NCBI GenBank assembly: GCA_048213135.1
Contig: PS015562.1
Span: forward strand, 22,565-59,620
DNA from: Reclinomonas americana ATCC 50394
Lineage: Eukaryota
Length of the DNA stretch: 37,056 nucleotides
Direction: 5' to 3'
The translations under genes were made by a program, and so were the position numbers. Below, piece after piece: positions 13,129 to 23,704 of the stretch; position 1 is the first letter of the stretch; every line of letters starts with the position of its first letter. The notes below the pieces were generated by a model. The model was not told where the DNA came from and searched no databases. It worked only from the letters and a program-made list of their open reading frames with translations.

Positions 13129-16100
13129 TGTGTGAGAGATATGCTCACTCCCCGGTGTTACAGTTTGACGAGGAGATGAATGTGGCGCTGGTCGGCAAGC
13201 GAGGTCGTGCGTGCCCTGTCAGCGTGTTCTCCGTGGGCACGGAGGCGGCGGAGTCTGATGTGCTGACGGCGGCCACGGTTTGTATGCACTTGCATGTATT
13301 GCGATCTTGAAGGCTCTTCACAGTGGTATTTCTGTCTTTCCTTGTCATCCTCTCGCATTTTGTCTTGGTTTCTTTGTTTCTCTCTCTCTCTCTCATAGTT
13401 GCGGTCCGTTTTTCGTCTCTTCGGTGGTCATGTCCGTAGCTGCACGCACTCGAGTTTTTCGTGCAGCTCGTGTCTCTCCCTCTTCCCCTCATCCGTTTCG
13501 TGTTTTGGCTGGCTTCTTTGGCGCTTCAATGTTGTGTTTTTCACTAATCTGTCGCGTTTCTAATATCTCTTCCTTTCCTCGTGCTCCCCGCGTTTGGTTC
13601 GCGTCTCTCCCTCGTCTCTCGTCTGCTTCGTATTTCGCTTGCCAGCCTTGGGTTTCCACTGTTGATGCCTCTCGTTTCGTGCCGTCTACTCTGTTTCTTT
13701 TGGTTCTCTCGCCTCTCGCCTTGTTTCCATGCCATTAACTTCTCTTTGTTCGTTTGTGTCTCAATTCCCGTCACCTCTCGTCGCGTCGGTATGTTGGTGC
13801 TCATTTTTCATTCATTTCTTGCAGCGTTATGTGTGCGACGTGGAGGCCGTGCTCGGCGCACTGCTGCCCCTGGCACCGCTGTACACGGTGCCTGTGGTGC
13901 CTGTGACCATGGCAGATACGTGACCACAGACCCCTCTTTGGGTCATGTCTCTCTTGCTGACTCTTGGTGCTTCGCAGTGCACGTCTTCTTGAGGAGTGCA
14001 TGGATACGATTCTGTCGCCGCATTTGTCGACATTCTATCAGCAGGAGGCGGTGTACCGCGAGAACGAGTGGGACGTGCGACAGTTGTACCATAATGGTCT
14101 GGGAACACGCACGCAGCAGGCGTGTAAACGTGGCAACTCACTTGGTCTTTTTTTGGCACAGATGATTTCAGCCAGATGATTCGCCGTGCGAACCATATCA
14201 TTCGTCAGGTGGGCGCCGTGGTGCGCGAGGATGTAACTGCCAATGTGCGTCAATTCTCGTCCACTGTGGTGCCGCCCGATTTCAGCGCTGTCAAGGGTTG
14301 GTGTTGCTGTCCTTGGCCTGTGTGCTGGTTGATCAGCTGACGCTTCTTTCTTCTGATAGAACTTGCCACTCTTGTGCCACCACGCGACTGGGGCGCCGAG
14401 GGGCGCATCCTGGAATTGGTGCAAGTGGCGCAGTTCCCACCGGCACCCGAGAGTGTCGCCACGATGGAGGTGAGGAAGGGATGGAGGGAGAAGCTGTAAG
14501 AGAAGCAGGAGCAGGTGGAGGAGGAGGAGTTGGGGCAGAGAAGGATAGAAGGAGGAGAAGGGAGAGCACGCAAGAGAAAAGGAGAGGAGGAAGAGTACTG
14601 GAAGTGGGCCGAGAGGTGTATGCAATTGAGAGTTCAGGAGTTGCAGAAGAAAGTGATCGCAGCGTGATTGTCAAGCTGGTAGCACAGGTGATCTTTGTCT
14701 GGAACGAGTGGCACTATGTGCATGTTTTCATGAGCTTTTCTGTGCGACATGCAGCGCATCACGCCCATTCCGTGCACTGGTAGACACACACACACACGCA
14801 CACACACACACTCTCTCTCTCACTTACTCACTCACTCACACATACACACAGACACTCTCACTTACTCGCTCACTTACACATGAGTTACACTTGATTCTCA
14901 TCATCAACACACACACACTTAGTCCCTCTCTCTCTCTTCCCTCCGTGTTACTCCATCGTGTTGATGTTGCGTCACACGCACACGCACGCACACACACAAA
15001 CTCTCTCTCTCTCTCTCTCACTCACTCTCTTACTCACTCACACATGAGTTACACTTGATTCTCATCATCAACACACACATTTAGTCTCTCTCTCACTCTT
15101 CCCTCCGTGTTACTCCATCGTGTTGATGTTGCGTCACACACACACGCGCACGCACACACACACACGCATGCACACGCAGACCTTCAGTTGCAGTTCGCGC
15201 GTGCAATTGACACAACGAGTTGTCTCATCTTCGTGTATTCTCTCCCTGTGAGTTCTCACTTCTCTTGTCCCTTTNNNNNNNNNNNNNNNNNNNNNNNNNN
15301 NNNNNNNNNNNNNNNNNNNNNNNNNNNNNNNNNNNNNNNNNNNNNNNNNNNNNNNNNNNNNNNNNNNNNNNNNNNNNNNNNNNNNNNNNNNNNNNNNNNN
15401 NNNNNNNNNNNNNNNNNNNNNNNNNNNNNNNNNNNNNNNNNNNNNNNNNNNNNNNNNNNNNNNNNNNNNNNNNNNNNNNNNNNNNNNNNNNNNNNNNNNN
15501 NNNNNNNNNNNNNNNNNNNNNNNNNNNNNNNNNNNNNNNNNNNNNNNNNNNNNNNNNNNNNNNNNNNNNNNNNNNNNNNNNNNNNNNNNNNNNNNNNNNN
15601 NNNNNNNNNNACAGGATCTGCGAACGTACATCCAGGAGGTCGGCAAGCTGAAGCGAGTGCCGACTCTGCTGGATGCATTCGTCGCCGAGGCCGAGCAGTG
15701 GGGCGTCCACGATCCGAATCTCGATTGTTGCGTAACCAGCAACTTTTCTCTCTCTCCCTCTCTCTCCCCCTCCCCTTGTGTGTCTCTCTCTCCATGTCTC
15801 TCGCTCTATCTCTCTCTCTCTCTCTCTCTCTCGACATTCTGCTCTGCTGCTCCCGCTCATTCGTTGTTCATGCTGCTCTGCTTCTCGTCATCTATCTCGC
15901 GACTTCAAACTTGTGGTATCCCTGCTTGTCTCTCTGTCTCTCTCCCTCCCTTTGTCTCCCTGCATCTCTCTCCCTCTCCCTCTATTTCACTCCATCTCTC
16001 TCTCTTTCTAGCTCTCCATCTCTATCTCTCTCTCTCTCTCTCTCTCGACATACTGCTCTGCTGGTCACGCTCATTCGCTGTTCGCATTCTGCTCTGCTTC

Positions 16101-17650
16101 TCGCCATTTATCGCGCAACATCACAATTGTAGTCTCCATGCTCGTATCTCTGTNNNNNNNNNNNNNNNNNNNNNNNNNNNNNNNNNNNNNNNNNNNNNNN
16201 NNNNNNNNNNNNNNNNNNNNNNNNNNNNNNNNNNNNNNNNNNNNNNNNNNNNNNNNNNNNNNNNNNNNNNNNNNNNNNNNNNNNNNNNNNNNNNNNNNNN
16301 NNNNNNNNNNNNNNNNNNNNNNNNNNNNNNNNNNNNNNNNNNNNNNNNNNNNNNNNNNNNNNNNNNNNNNNNNNNNNNNNNNNNNNNNNNNNNNNNNNNN
16401 NNNNNNNNNNNNNNNNNNNNNNNNNNNNNNNNNNNNNNNNNNNNNNNNNNNNNNNNNNNNNNNNNNNNNNNNNNNNNNNNNNNNNNNNNNNNNNNNNNNN
16501 NTTTCTAGCTCTCTCTCTCTCTCTCTCTCCACATTCTGCTCTGCTGCTCCCGCTCATTGTTGTTCATTCTGCTCTGCTTCTCGTCATCTATCGCGCAACA
16601 TCACAATTGTGGTCTCCATGCTCGTCTCTCTGTCTCTCTCCCTTTCTCGTTTCCACTTTCTCTCTTCCTCTCTCTTCCGCGCCCATCTGTCCTTCCTTGT
16701 CTTCTCTCTCTCTCTCTGTGCGTCTAGCTCTCCATCTCTTTGTCTCTCTCTCCATCTCTCTCTCTCTCTCTCTCCATCTCTCGTCTCTCTCCCTCCCTCC
16801 CTCATTTCTCTCTCTCAATTCCCTTGCTGACAAACGCATCGCGCACAGTGCTACTGCCGCATCGCGCCTTTGGATTGCTGTGTGTGTGCTGGCTGCGCAA
16901 CCTTCCAGCACCGCACGGCGACACCGTGGCCTTCCTCACGCCGCAGCAGCGGTCTGTTATTGTGGAGCGCGTGCAGCGTGAGGAGGAGGCCGCCGAGGTC
17001 GGTCATGGATTCGGGTGGCGACCGATCACGGGCAAGCGACGAGCGTCGACACGCGNNNNNNNNNNNNNNNNNNNNGGCGACGCCTGCCTCTCCCCCATCA
17101 ACAACGCCACCGTCAGCTGATCCGCAAACCGCGACTGCCTCTCCCGCTCCTCCTGCAGCGACGCCACCGCCGCCACCACCACCGCCGCCGCCGGCGACGA
17201 CGACAGTGACGGTGGCGTGCGTGCGCCGAGTCGACGGTGCTTGCGCAGCTGCGTGCGACGAGGACGACGATTCCGGCGAGCAGCCTCCACCTCCTCCTTT
17301 GCCTCTTCTTGCTGCTCTGCATCCTCGTCACGCTCACTGCCGCTGTCCTCGTCACTCGCGTGCCGTCGCCGCACATNNNNNNNNNNNNNNNNNNNNNNNN
17401 NNNNNNNNNNNNNNNNNNNNNNNNNNNNNNNNNNNNNNNNNNNNNNNNNNNNNNNNNNNNNNNNNNNNNNNNNNNNNNNNNNNNNNNNNNNNNNNNNNNN
17501 NNNNNNNNNNNNNNNNNNNNNNNNNNGGTGGCGCCGGTGGTGGCGGTGGTGAATGGTGATGGGGGTGGTGGTGGTGGGGGTGGGGGTGGAGAGGGGGCGC
17601 TGGCGGAGGCGGAGAGGTTTACGAGGTGGTTGCAGGCGCAGTTGGAGTGA
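1120..17650 (+). CDS. SAC3: SAC3/GANP-family (TREX-2 scaffold-like) protein, multi-exon, 5' end upstream of the window, part of the SAC3 N-terminus probably hidden in gap 6144-6858
   Basis: Inferred phase-consistent exons: 1120-1923, 2857-3246, 3308-3655, 3719-3955, 4020-4171, 5741->6143(gap), 7789-7897, 7970-8211, 8277-8769, 8828-9286, 9352-9435, 10409-10585, 10645-10755, 10821-10851, 10912-10943, 11003-11038, 11095-11360, 11423-11628, 12351-12486, 12547-12854, 12917-13040, 13164-13277, 13825-13919, 13978-14096, 14162-14296, 14360-14469, 15615-15726, 16849-17650 (gapped; stop TGA 17648-17650). Spliced core LHGFISDRMRSILQDYHFQ..VVQRMARYLILSEYQC..FDLVLNINQLSKALVDLRDMYKDL..PQENEFRAYNILHN..NNYVEFFRLVREATLLEACLLSRYFRDVRERAL matches the SAC3/GANP pattern (FxxxRxRxIxxD, NExEFRAYxIL, NNYxxFF). 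Confidence 0.85.
1594..3018 (+). other. Two RRM domains in the SAC3/GANP protein (RRM1 ~1594-1790; RRM2 split by intron 1924-2856)
   Basis: TLKMLYLP..VRRLLSQFGRLESVFVNGDRAFVRFSHEGSAQNA and TIKVLHVPAVINKYQ|FLKNHFAQFGLVTSV..ERAFVTFANAADAELAR show RNP2/RNP1-like motifs (FxxFG, RAFVxF). Confidence 0.8.
5111..5720. repeat. Intronic minisatellite, ~90-110 bp unit, ~6 copies
   Basis: cctgtcctct recurs near 5120, 5209, 5319, 5421, 5527, 5630, each followed by cttcgttcatcaccc..ccgattgtc..gcacttctcttttcca..tgctcacattatcc variants. Confidence 0.85.
14868..15140. repeat. Intronic tandem duplication (~165 bp, 2 copies) with (CA)n/(CT)n
   Basis: cacatgagttacacttgattctcatcatcaacacacac..ttccctccgtgttactccatcgtgttgatgttgcgtcacac occurs at ~14877 and ~15041. 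Confidence 0.8.
15830..16640. repeat. Intronic repeat, at least 3 copies (interrupted by a gap)
   Basis: acattctgctctgctgctcccgctcatt..tgctctgcttctcgtcatctatc variants at ~15834, ~16048, ~16531. Confidence 0.75.
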
Positions 17651-18560
17651 ATAGTAGTTGGTAAGGGCGGAGGGGGAAGGGAGATCGGTTAGATTCAAGA
17701 CAGCGCGCAGGCTTCTTGTGTTCGTACTCTGCACTCAGCAACTACGTCACTGTACTCAAGCTGCATCGGAGCGCAGTATTCTCCTCTTACGTAGAGACCG
17801 CAGAAAACGCCAACTGTCGATGTTGAGTCTTTATTCGTTCTTCCCTCATTTCTAGTAACGACCCCTCCACTGCCATCACTGTGCAATAGACTACAACAAC
17901 GACAACACTGTGTCTGTGGTCAACGTCGCCTTCAACCCTCAGTCCTCTTGTGTCTCACTGTGCGGCCACCGGTCAGAGGCTGTCACAGTATTTGAAATCA
18001 CTGCTGCGACAACAATGACAACAACAACAACAACAACAACCGCCCCTACCACCAGCCACTACCGATATGAACCTCACCAACAACATGACAAGCTCTCTCC
18101 TGTTTCAACCACGCCACCAACGTTCGATCGCGACACCACCACTGTCTGCTTTTGCTTTGCTTGCTTCATGGATCCGGACCCGGCTTTGCTTTGTTTGCAT
18201 GGCTTATGACCTTTTCCCGAATTCGATGTGCCGTGTACGATCGCAGAAAACGCTATGCGTCTATGCAAGCGCGTCAAATCCACTGTTCAACCACGCTTAT
18301 GCGCATGCGCTGCGCTGCGGTGAAAATCGCAGTTCGGAGCTCCGAGAGCGAACACACACACACGCATGGAACCTGCTGCTGCTTCAAGACTGGTGTTTGT
18401 GTTGATGTTTTGAATGGTGGGACTTGACCAGTTGCATTTGCTAGCGCGGCGGTCCACCAAAGGCCTTCACAAGCAAGATCTTCCTCCGGATCCACTGCCC
18501 AACGTAATCAATGAACCACAGCGGACTCGCAACTTTCCCTGCATCGCGCGTGAGCCATAC

Positions 18561-21500
18561 ATGGTGTGTGTCTCTGCCCACGCGCACGCGCTCTCTTCCA
18601 TACACGCACTCACTTTCCCTGTCTGCGTGCACAGTCATTCCCTGTTCACTTTTGCCTCGCCGATGGCACCTCGCGCATCACAGTGCCCGACGTCACTGGC
18701 GACATGCGAATGTGTGACCTCGTGCAACGCGGTTTGCACCTTCTGCGGGTCTCCGTGGATGCTCGTGTGCGAGTGCGCTCGGATGTGGTGCTGCAGCCGA
18801 CGAATGAATCCACACTGCGAGAACTTGGTATTTCGGCGGAGACAACCCTGACGGTGGATGTAGAGGGCAGTGGGTGCGTTGCTGTGCGTGTGTGCCTGAG
18901 AAGGGAGAGAGAGGAGTGCATCTCATCTGCATTGCGTGCGTGTGTGCGAGAAGAGCGAATAACTACAATCTTCTGCAAGATGCATTGGGCATTGTCAGAG
19001 ACGCACTGGCCGCCCGACTCCGTGCCGCGTTGCCTGTGTTCTGTCGCCTTCATCCCACCATGCGTATCGATGAAGCGTGGTGCTGCAAGGCTGTACGGGA
19101 TATCCCTGTACGGTTTGTCAGTGTTGCTCTTCTCCATCCACTGTGCGTCCACTTCCTCAGTTGTATGTGTGCTTGCTCGCAGCTACAAGCCCGGCGGCAA
19201 TCACGTGTTCTTGCATCAAGAGCAGCGTGATTATGTACTCACCTGGAAGGCAGCATTCGATGCGAATCCCAGCAGCACACCGCCGTGCCCACCGTTCGAC
19301 TTGACGGCTCTCTGTGCAATCCTGGTGAACGGAGGAATTGTGGAGGATGACGGAAGCTGCCATCTTCTCCTCGCCTCGGATGAAGAGGTTAGAGTGTTGC
19401 TTTCCGTAGAGCCATTTGTCACCCAGCTCATGCCTCCTTCGCAGCGTCGAGCGGTGGAGACGCTGCGTGACGTTCGCAACACTGTTGTTGGCCATCGCCC
19501 CGATGGCCAGCCTGTCGCCGCTGCCGATGAGGTCACTGAACTGCTCGGAGATGGCGTTGTTGAGGGGCGTCTGGTGACCGCCATCTCATCGCTCCAACTT
19601 GGTGATGCCGCGCTCGCCCACTTTCTTGCATTGTTGGAAGAAGTTCGAACAAGTGAGTCTGATGTCCATTCTCTCTGTGCGTGTCTTTTCGTCAATCTGA
19701 AGAACCTCTTCGTTGCAGGACTTCATCATATTTCTGATGCGGAGTTCGTTGCGTTGCTTGAGGCGTACAGTGGGCGCGAGTCATCAGCATTCCACGAGGA
19801 CGAGAGCTTGCGCAAAACGCTGCAGATGTATGTGCAGTTGACGACAACAGTCGGTGGCGTGTCTCGTGCTTTGCTGTCGGAGGTCGACGCATTCGTTGCC
19901 GACGACAATCGCGCCCGCGTCTTGCTGTTCCTCGGAAACAGTGGAGCTGGCAAGACAACAGCTGTGACTGTGATGGCTGATCATGCTTGGCGAGCATATC
20001 GAGAGGGGCGCAGTCGACGGCTGCCGCTGCGTGTGCCATTGTCGGCGTTGCGTGACGTCGAGCATCGTATGCTAGAGGAAGTGCTGCCATCCACGTGGTC
20101 GGGGGCTGCAGTGCAGCGCGTCAAGCAGATGCCGCTGTTGTTGCTGTTGGATGGATATGATGAGCTGTACCGTGAGATCAATCTGATGGACACAGCCCAG
20201 GTTTGCTCGTTTCTCATCTCATTTCTCGCGTAAGTTCTTTGTGACTGACTGCTGTGTGGTCACAGCTCCGAGGATGCTTGGATGTCAAAGTGATTGTGAC
20301 GTGCCGTTCTGATTACGCTGCGGGCATGGGTTCTTGTGGAACCGACTACCGTCGCTTCTTTGTTCCCACGAACGGCATATGGCTTCTGGACTTGCAACTG
20401 TTATTAGAGCGCCGAGTGGAGCCGTTCAATGACGTTCAGATTGATGACTATCTTCGACACTTTGTCGCGCACCAACCAGCTGCATGGCAAACAGCTGCTG
20501 AGTATCGTCGTGCGCTGAGTGGATTGCATGGAGTGCAATCGTTGACTACGAATCCGTTCATGCTGTCAGTGGTGGTGCAAGTGCTGCCGCAGTTGGTGGC
20601 GAGTGGCGCGATGGAGCGGCCGACTCGGCGTGATGTGCTTGACCGATTCATTCGACAGTGGATTGTGAGGGAGCAGGAGAGACAGACGCGTCTCGGTGCG
20701 GAGCGTGTGCCGAGTGAGGAGACGTGCCTAGCATTCTGCGAAGGACTGGCACGGCTGATGCATCAGAAGAACTTGGTGCGAGCAGTGTGTGATATCCGAG
20801 CAAGTGGCGAGGACGCGACTGAGTTCGGTGGTGCACCCACCGCAGCAGCAGCAGCAGCTGCAGCCGCTGCTGTGCAAGAACGTCCATTTGACAAGTTCCT
20901 CGGCCACAAGAACCAGCACGTCCGAGTGTGCTGTCCTATTGTGCGACGGTATGGGACGGATCAGTGGGGATTTGTGCATCTGTCTCTGCTGGAGCATTGT
21001 GTGGCACGGCATGTGTTTGCGTGGGAGACGTGGGATGAGGAGAGGAGATTGACGATGCAAGATGTGCAGCATCATGTGCTGGGAGTGCGATTGCTGAACG
21101 ACAGACCATCGTTGGTGGGGCAGATGGCCGAGGTTGTGCGACGGTCTCCTCGATTGCAAGCGAGATTGTGGGAGGTGATTGAGATGTCACGGGAAGTGGA
21201 TGAGGAGCGATTGGTGACGGCAGCGGCGAATGCAGCGACGGTGTTGTGTGTGGCGCAAGTGTCGTTCAGTGGGCGAGATCTGTCGGGTGTGCGAGTGAGG
21301 GGTGCAGATTTGAGGGATGCGGTGATGCACAGAACGGTGTGGAGGGGAGCGGATTTCCGTGGGGTGAACGTGTGCATGGCGTATGCGAGGAAGGCGGATT
21401 TCAGGGGAGCGGATGTGACTGGCGTGAGGTGGCCGAGGAAACCGATGGTGGGGCACGCTGAACCGGTGAGGTCTTTGGCCGTCACCCCCGATGGCCAGCA

Positions 21501-23154
21501 CATTGTGAGTGGCAGTGGGGACATGACTGTCAGGGTGTGGTCGGCGGCAAGTGGAGAGGAGGTTCGCCGACTGGAAGGCCACACTGACTGGGTGTGCGCA
21601 GTAGCGGTGACACCCGACGGGCAGCATATTGTGAGTGGCAGTTATGACAATACTGTACGAGTGTGGTCGGTGGCAAGTGGCGAGGAGGTGCGTCGACTGG
21701 AAGGCCACTCAAATGTGGTGTATGCAGTGGCAGTGACACCCGATGGCCAGCACATTGTGAGTGGCGGTCGCGACAATACTGTACGGGTGTGGTCGGTGGC
21801 AAGTGGCGAGGAGGTTCGTCGACTGGAAGGCCACACGAGTGAGGTGCTCGCAGTGGCAGTGACACCCGACGGGCAGCATATTGTGAGTGGCAGTTGGGAC
21901 AAGACTGTACGGGTGTGGTCGGTGACAAGTGGCGAGGAGGTGCGCCAACTGGAAGGCCACACGGGTGGGGTGAATGCGGTGGCAGTGACACCCGATGGCC
22001 AGCACATTGTGAGTGGCAGTGCTGACAAGATTGTTCGGGTGTGGTCGGTAGCAAGTGGGGAGGCGGTGCGCCGAGTGGAAGGCCACACGAATGTGGTGTA
22101 TGCGGTGGCGGTGACACCCGATGGACAGCACGTTGTGAGTGGGAGTAGGGATGGCACTGTACGGGTGTGGTCGGTTGCAAGTGGTGAGGAGGTGCGTCGA
22201 CTGGAAGGCCGTGCAGGAGTAGTGAATTCTGTCACTGTTACGCCCGATGGTCAGAACGTGGTTTGTGGGAGTTTGGACGGCACAATGCGGATTTGGTCCA
22301 TGGCGATTGAAGAAGGAGTGCGACGACTGAAGGGACATGCCTGGGATGTTCTGTGTGTTACCGCCACACCAGATGGTCAGCACATAGTGAGTGGCAGTCA
22401 AGACAAGACTGTACGAGTGTGGTCACTGGCAACTGGCGAGGAGGTGCGCCGACTGGAAGGCCACTGGACTGGGGTAAATGCAGTGGCAGTGACGCCGGAT
22501 GGTCAGCATATTGTGAGTGGGAGTGCCTATCCAGACTGCTCGGTGCGAGTGTTGTCACTGGCGAGTGGAGAAGAAGTTCGGCAGCTGGAGGGACACAGGG
22601 ATACGGTACTATGTGTTGCCGTCACACCCAATTGTCGGCATGTCGTGAGCGGCAGTGCTGACAAGACTGTACGGTTGTGGTCGGTGGCAAATGGCGAGGA
22701 GGTACACCGATTGGAAGGCCACACGAGAGAGGTGTCTGCAGTGGCAGTGACACCCGATGGCCAGCACATTTTGAGTGGCAGTTCTGACGGGACTGTACGG
22801 ATGTGGTCGGTGGCAAGTGGCGAGGAGGTGCGTCGACTGGAGGGCCACACGAGTTGGGTGCGGGCGGTGACTGTGACACCCGATGGCCTGCACATTGTGA
22901 GTGGCAGCAGGGACAAGACTGTCCAGGTGTGGTCACTGGCGACTGGCAAGGAGGTGCGTCGGAGTACGCAGGCATATCTCGATAGCTTGTTGCCGAGCAC
23001 TTCAGCAGCCACTGGTATCACTTGTCGAGCGGATGGCAACACTGTTCGTATTTATCAACGGCATGAGCTGGGCGAATTATTGGTGCGAGTTCTTGGCCCG
23101 CACGATCCTGACTTCACCGATGCGAAGCAGAGCAAGAACTGTACCCTCCTCTGA
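18561..23154 (+). CDS. NLR-like STAND protein: UBL - HEPN - NACHT - pentapeptide repeats - 12x WD40 - CaaX (~1413 aa)
   Basis: Inferred exons 18561-18563 (ATG), 18635-18873, 18954-19112 (acceptor could be 18950), 19183-19652, 19719-20200, 20266-23154. Walker A GNSGAGKT (19934-19957), Walker B LLLLLDGYDE (20135-20164), VIVTCR, NPFML and WGFVHLSLLEHCVAR NACHT-associated motifs, then pentapeptide and WD40 repeats. An in-frame upstream ATG at 18414 is an alternative start. Confidence 0.88.
18635..18873 (+). other. Ubiquitin-like (beta-grasp) N-terminal domain, encoded by one exon
   Basis: M|SFPVHFCLADGTSRITVPDVTGDMRMCDLVQR..VVLQPTNESTLRELGISAETTLTVDVEGSG: ~80 aa with the UBL-type TLxELGIxxxxTLxV ending. 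Confidence 0.65.
18954..19650 (+). other. HEPN domain (DZIP3-like), putative RNase
   Basis: N-terminal helix NNYNLLQDALGIVRDALAARLR, VFLHQEQRDYV, FDLTALCAILVN (from 19295) and VETLRDVRNTVVGH (R 19475, H 19493). These parallel the FDITLLxxLLRN..IxRIRxxRNxxxGH pattern of DZIP3-type HEPN. Confidence 0.72.
21265..21432 (+). repeat. Pentapeptide repeat (A(D/N)LXX-type) module between NACHT and WD40
   Basis: FSGRDLSGVRVRGADLRDAVMHRTVWRGADFRGVNVCMAYARKADFRGADVTGVRW, preceded by AAANAATVL. Confidence 0.85.
21451..22962 (+). repeat. 12 tandem WD40 repeats, 126-bp (42-aa) period, high nucleotide identity
   Basis: Consensus GHxxxVxAVAVTPDGQHIVSGSxDxTVRVWSVASGEEVRRLE. The first GH is at 21451 and the twelfth at 22843 (repeat 9 has a 2-aa insertion). 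Confidence 0.95.
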
Positions 23155-23506
23155 AATGAAGTTTTGGTGGTGTCCGTTCTTGTTTCTGCGTCGTTTCAGG
23201 CTGACTACTAAGCAATCTGCAGCATCCATTCAGTAGTAGCTTCAAGAGGATGGCCATGCCCAGTATGGGCCTCTTCTCGCGACGAAATCACAAGAGACAA
23301 TTTATAATTATTCTCGACGTCAAAGAAGTTTGCTGAACGCATTGCATTCACAAACCCCCGCATTCCACCAGCTTACACCACATCCCACTATCATACTCTC
23401 CTGCACACACGCACAGAATCAGCAGCACAACGTGACTTCGACATTGATACCCACAGGACAACTTGAGTTTCTGCGGACGATTTGTGACAGAGTGAGCGAC
23501 TTGTGA

Positions 23507-23668
23507 ATGAGTGCAGCAGCTGGTGCTCCCTCAGGCAGCGCGCCTGCGGAGGAAACCAATGAGCAGGTGCGTGCGCGCGCGTGACAGAGTGTGAGAGTGA
23601 GAGGACATGTCCATGGTTTGTGCGCTCAGTGTGTTTCTCACTGTTTTGTTTGTTTGCTTGCTTTCGTG

Positions 23669-23704
<36 letters not shown>

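Noticed and set aside
17910-18427. Small ORFs, an (ACA)n run and the palindrome tgcgcatgcgc upstream of the NLR
   Set aside because: No coding signature or splice support. The motif is short in CG/CA-rich sequence, so a regulatory role cannot be supported.
21072-23042. Antisense and alternate-frame ORFs over the WD40 array
   Set aside because: These are shadows of the 126-bp coding repeat.
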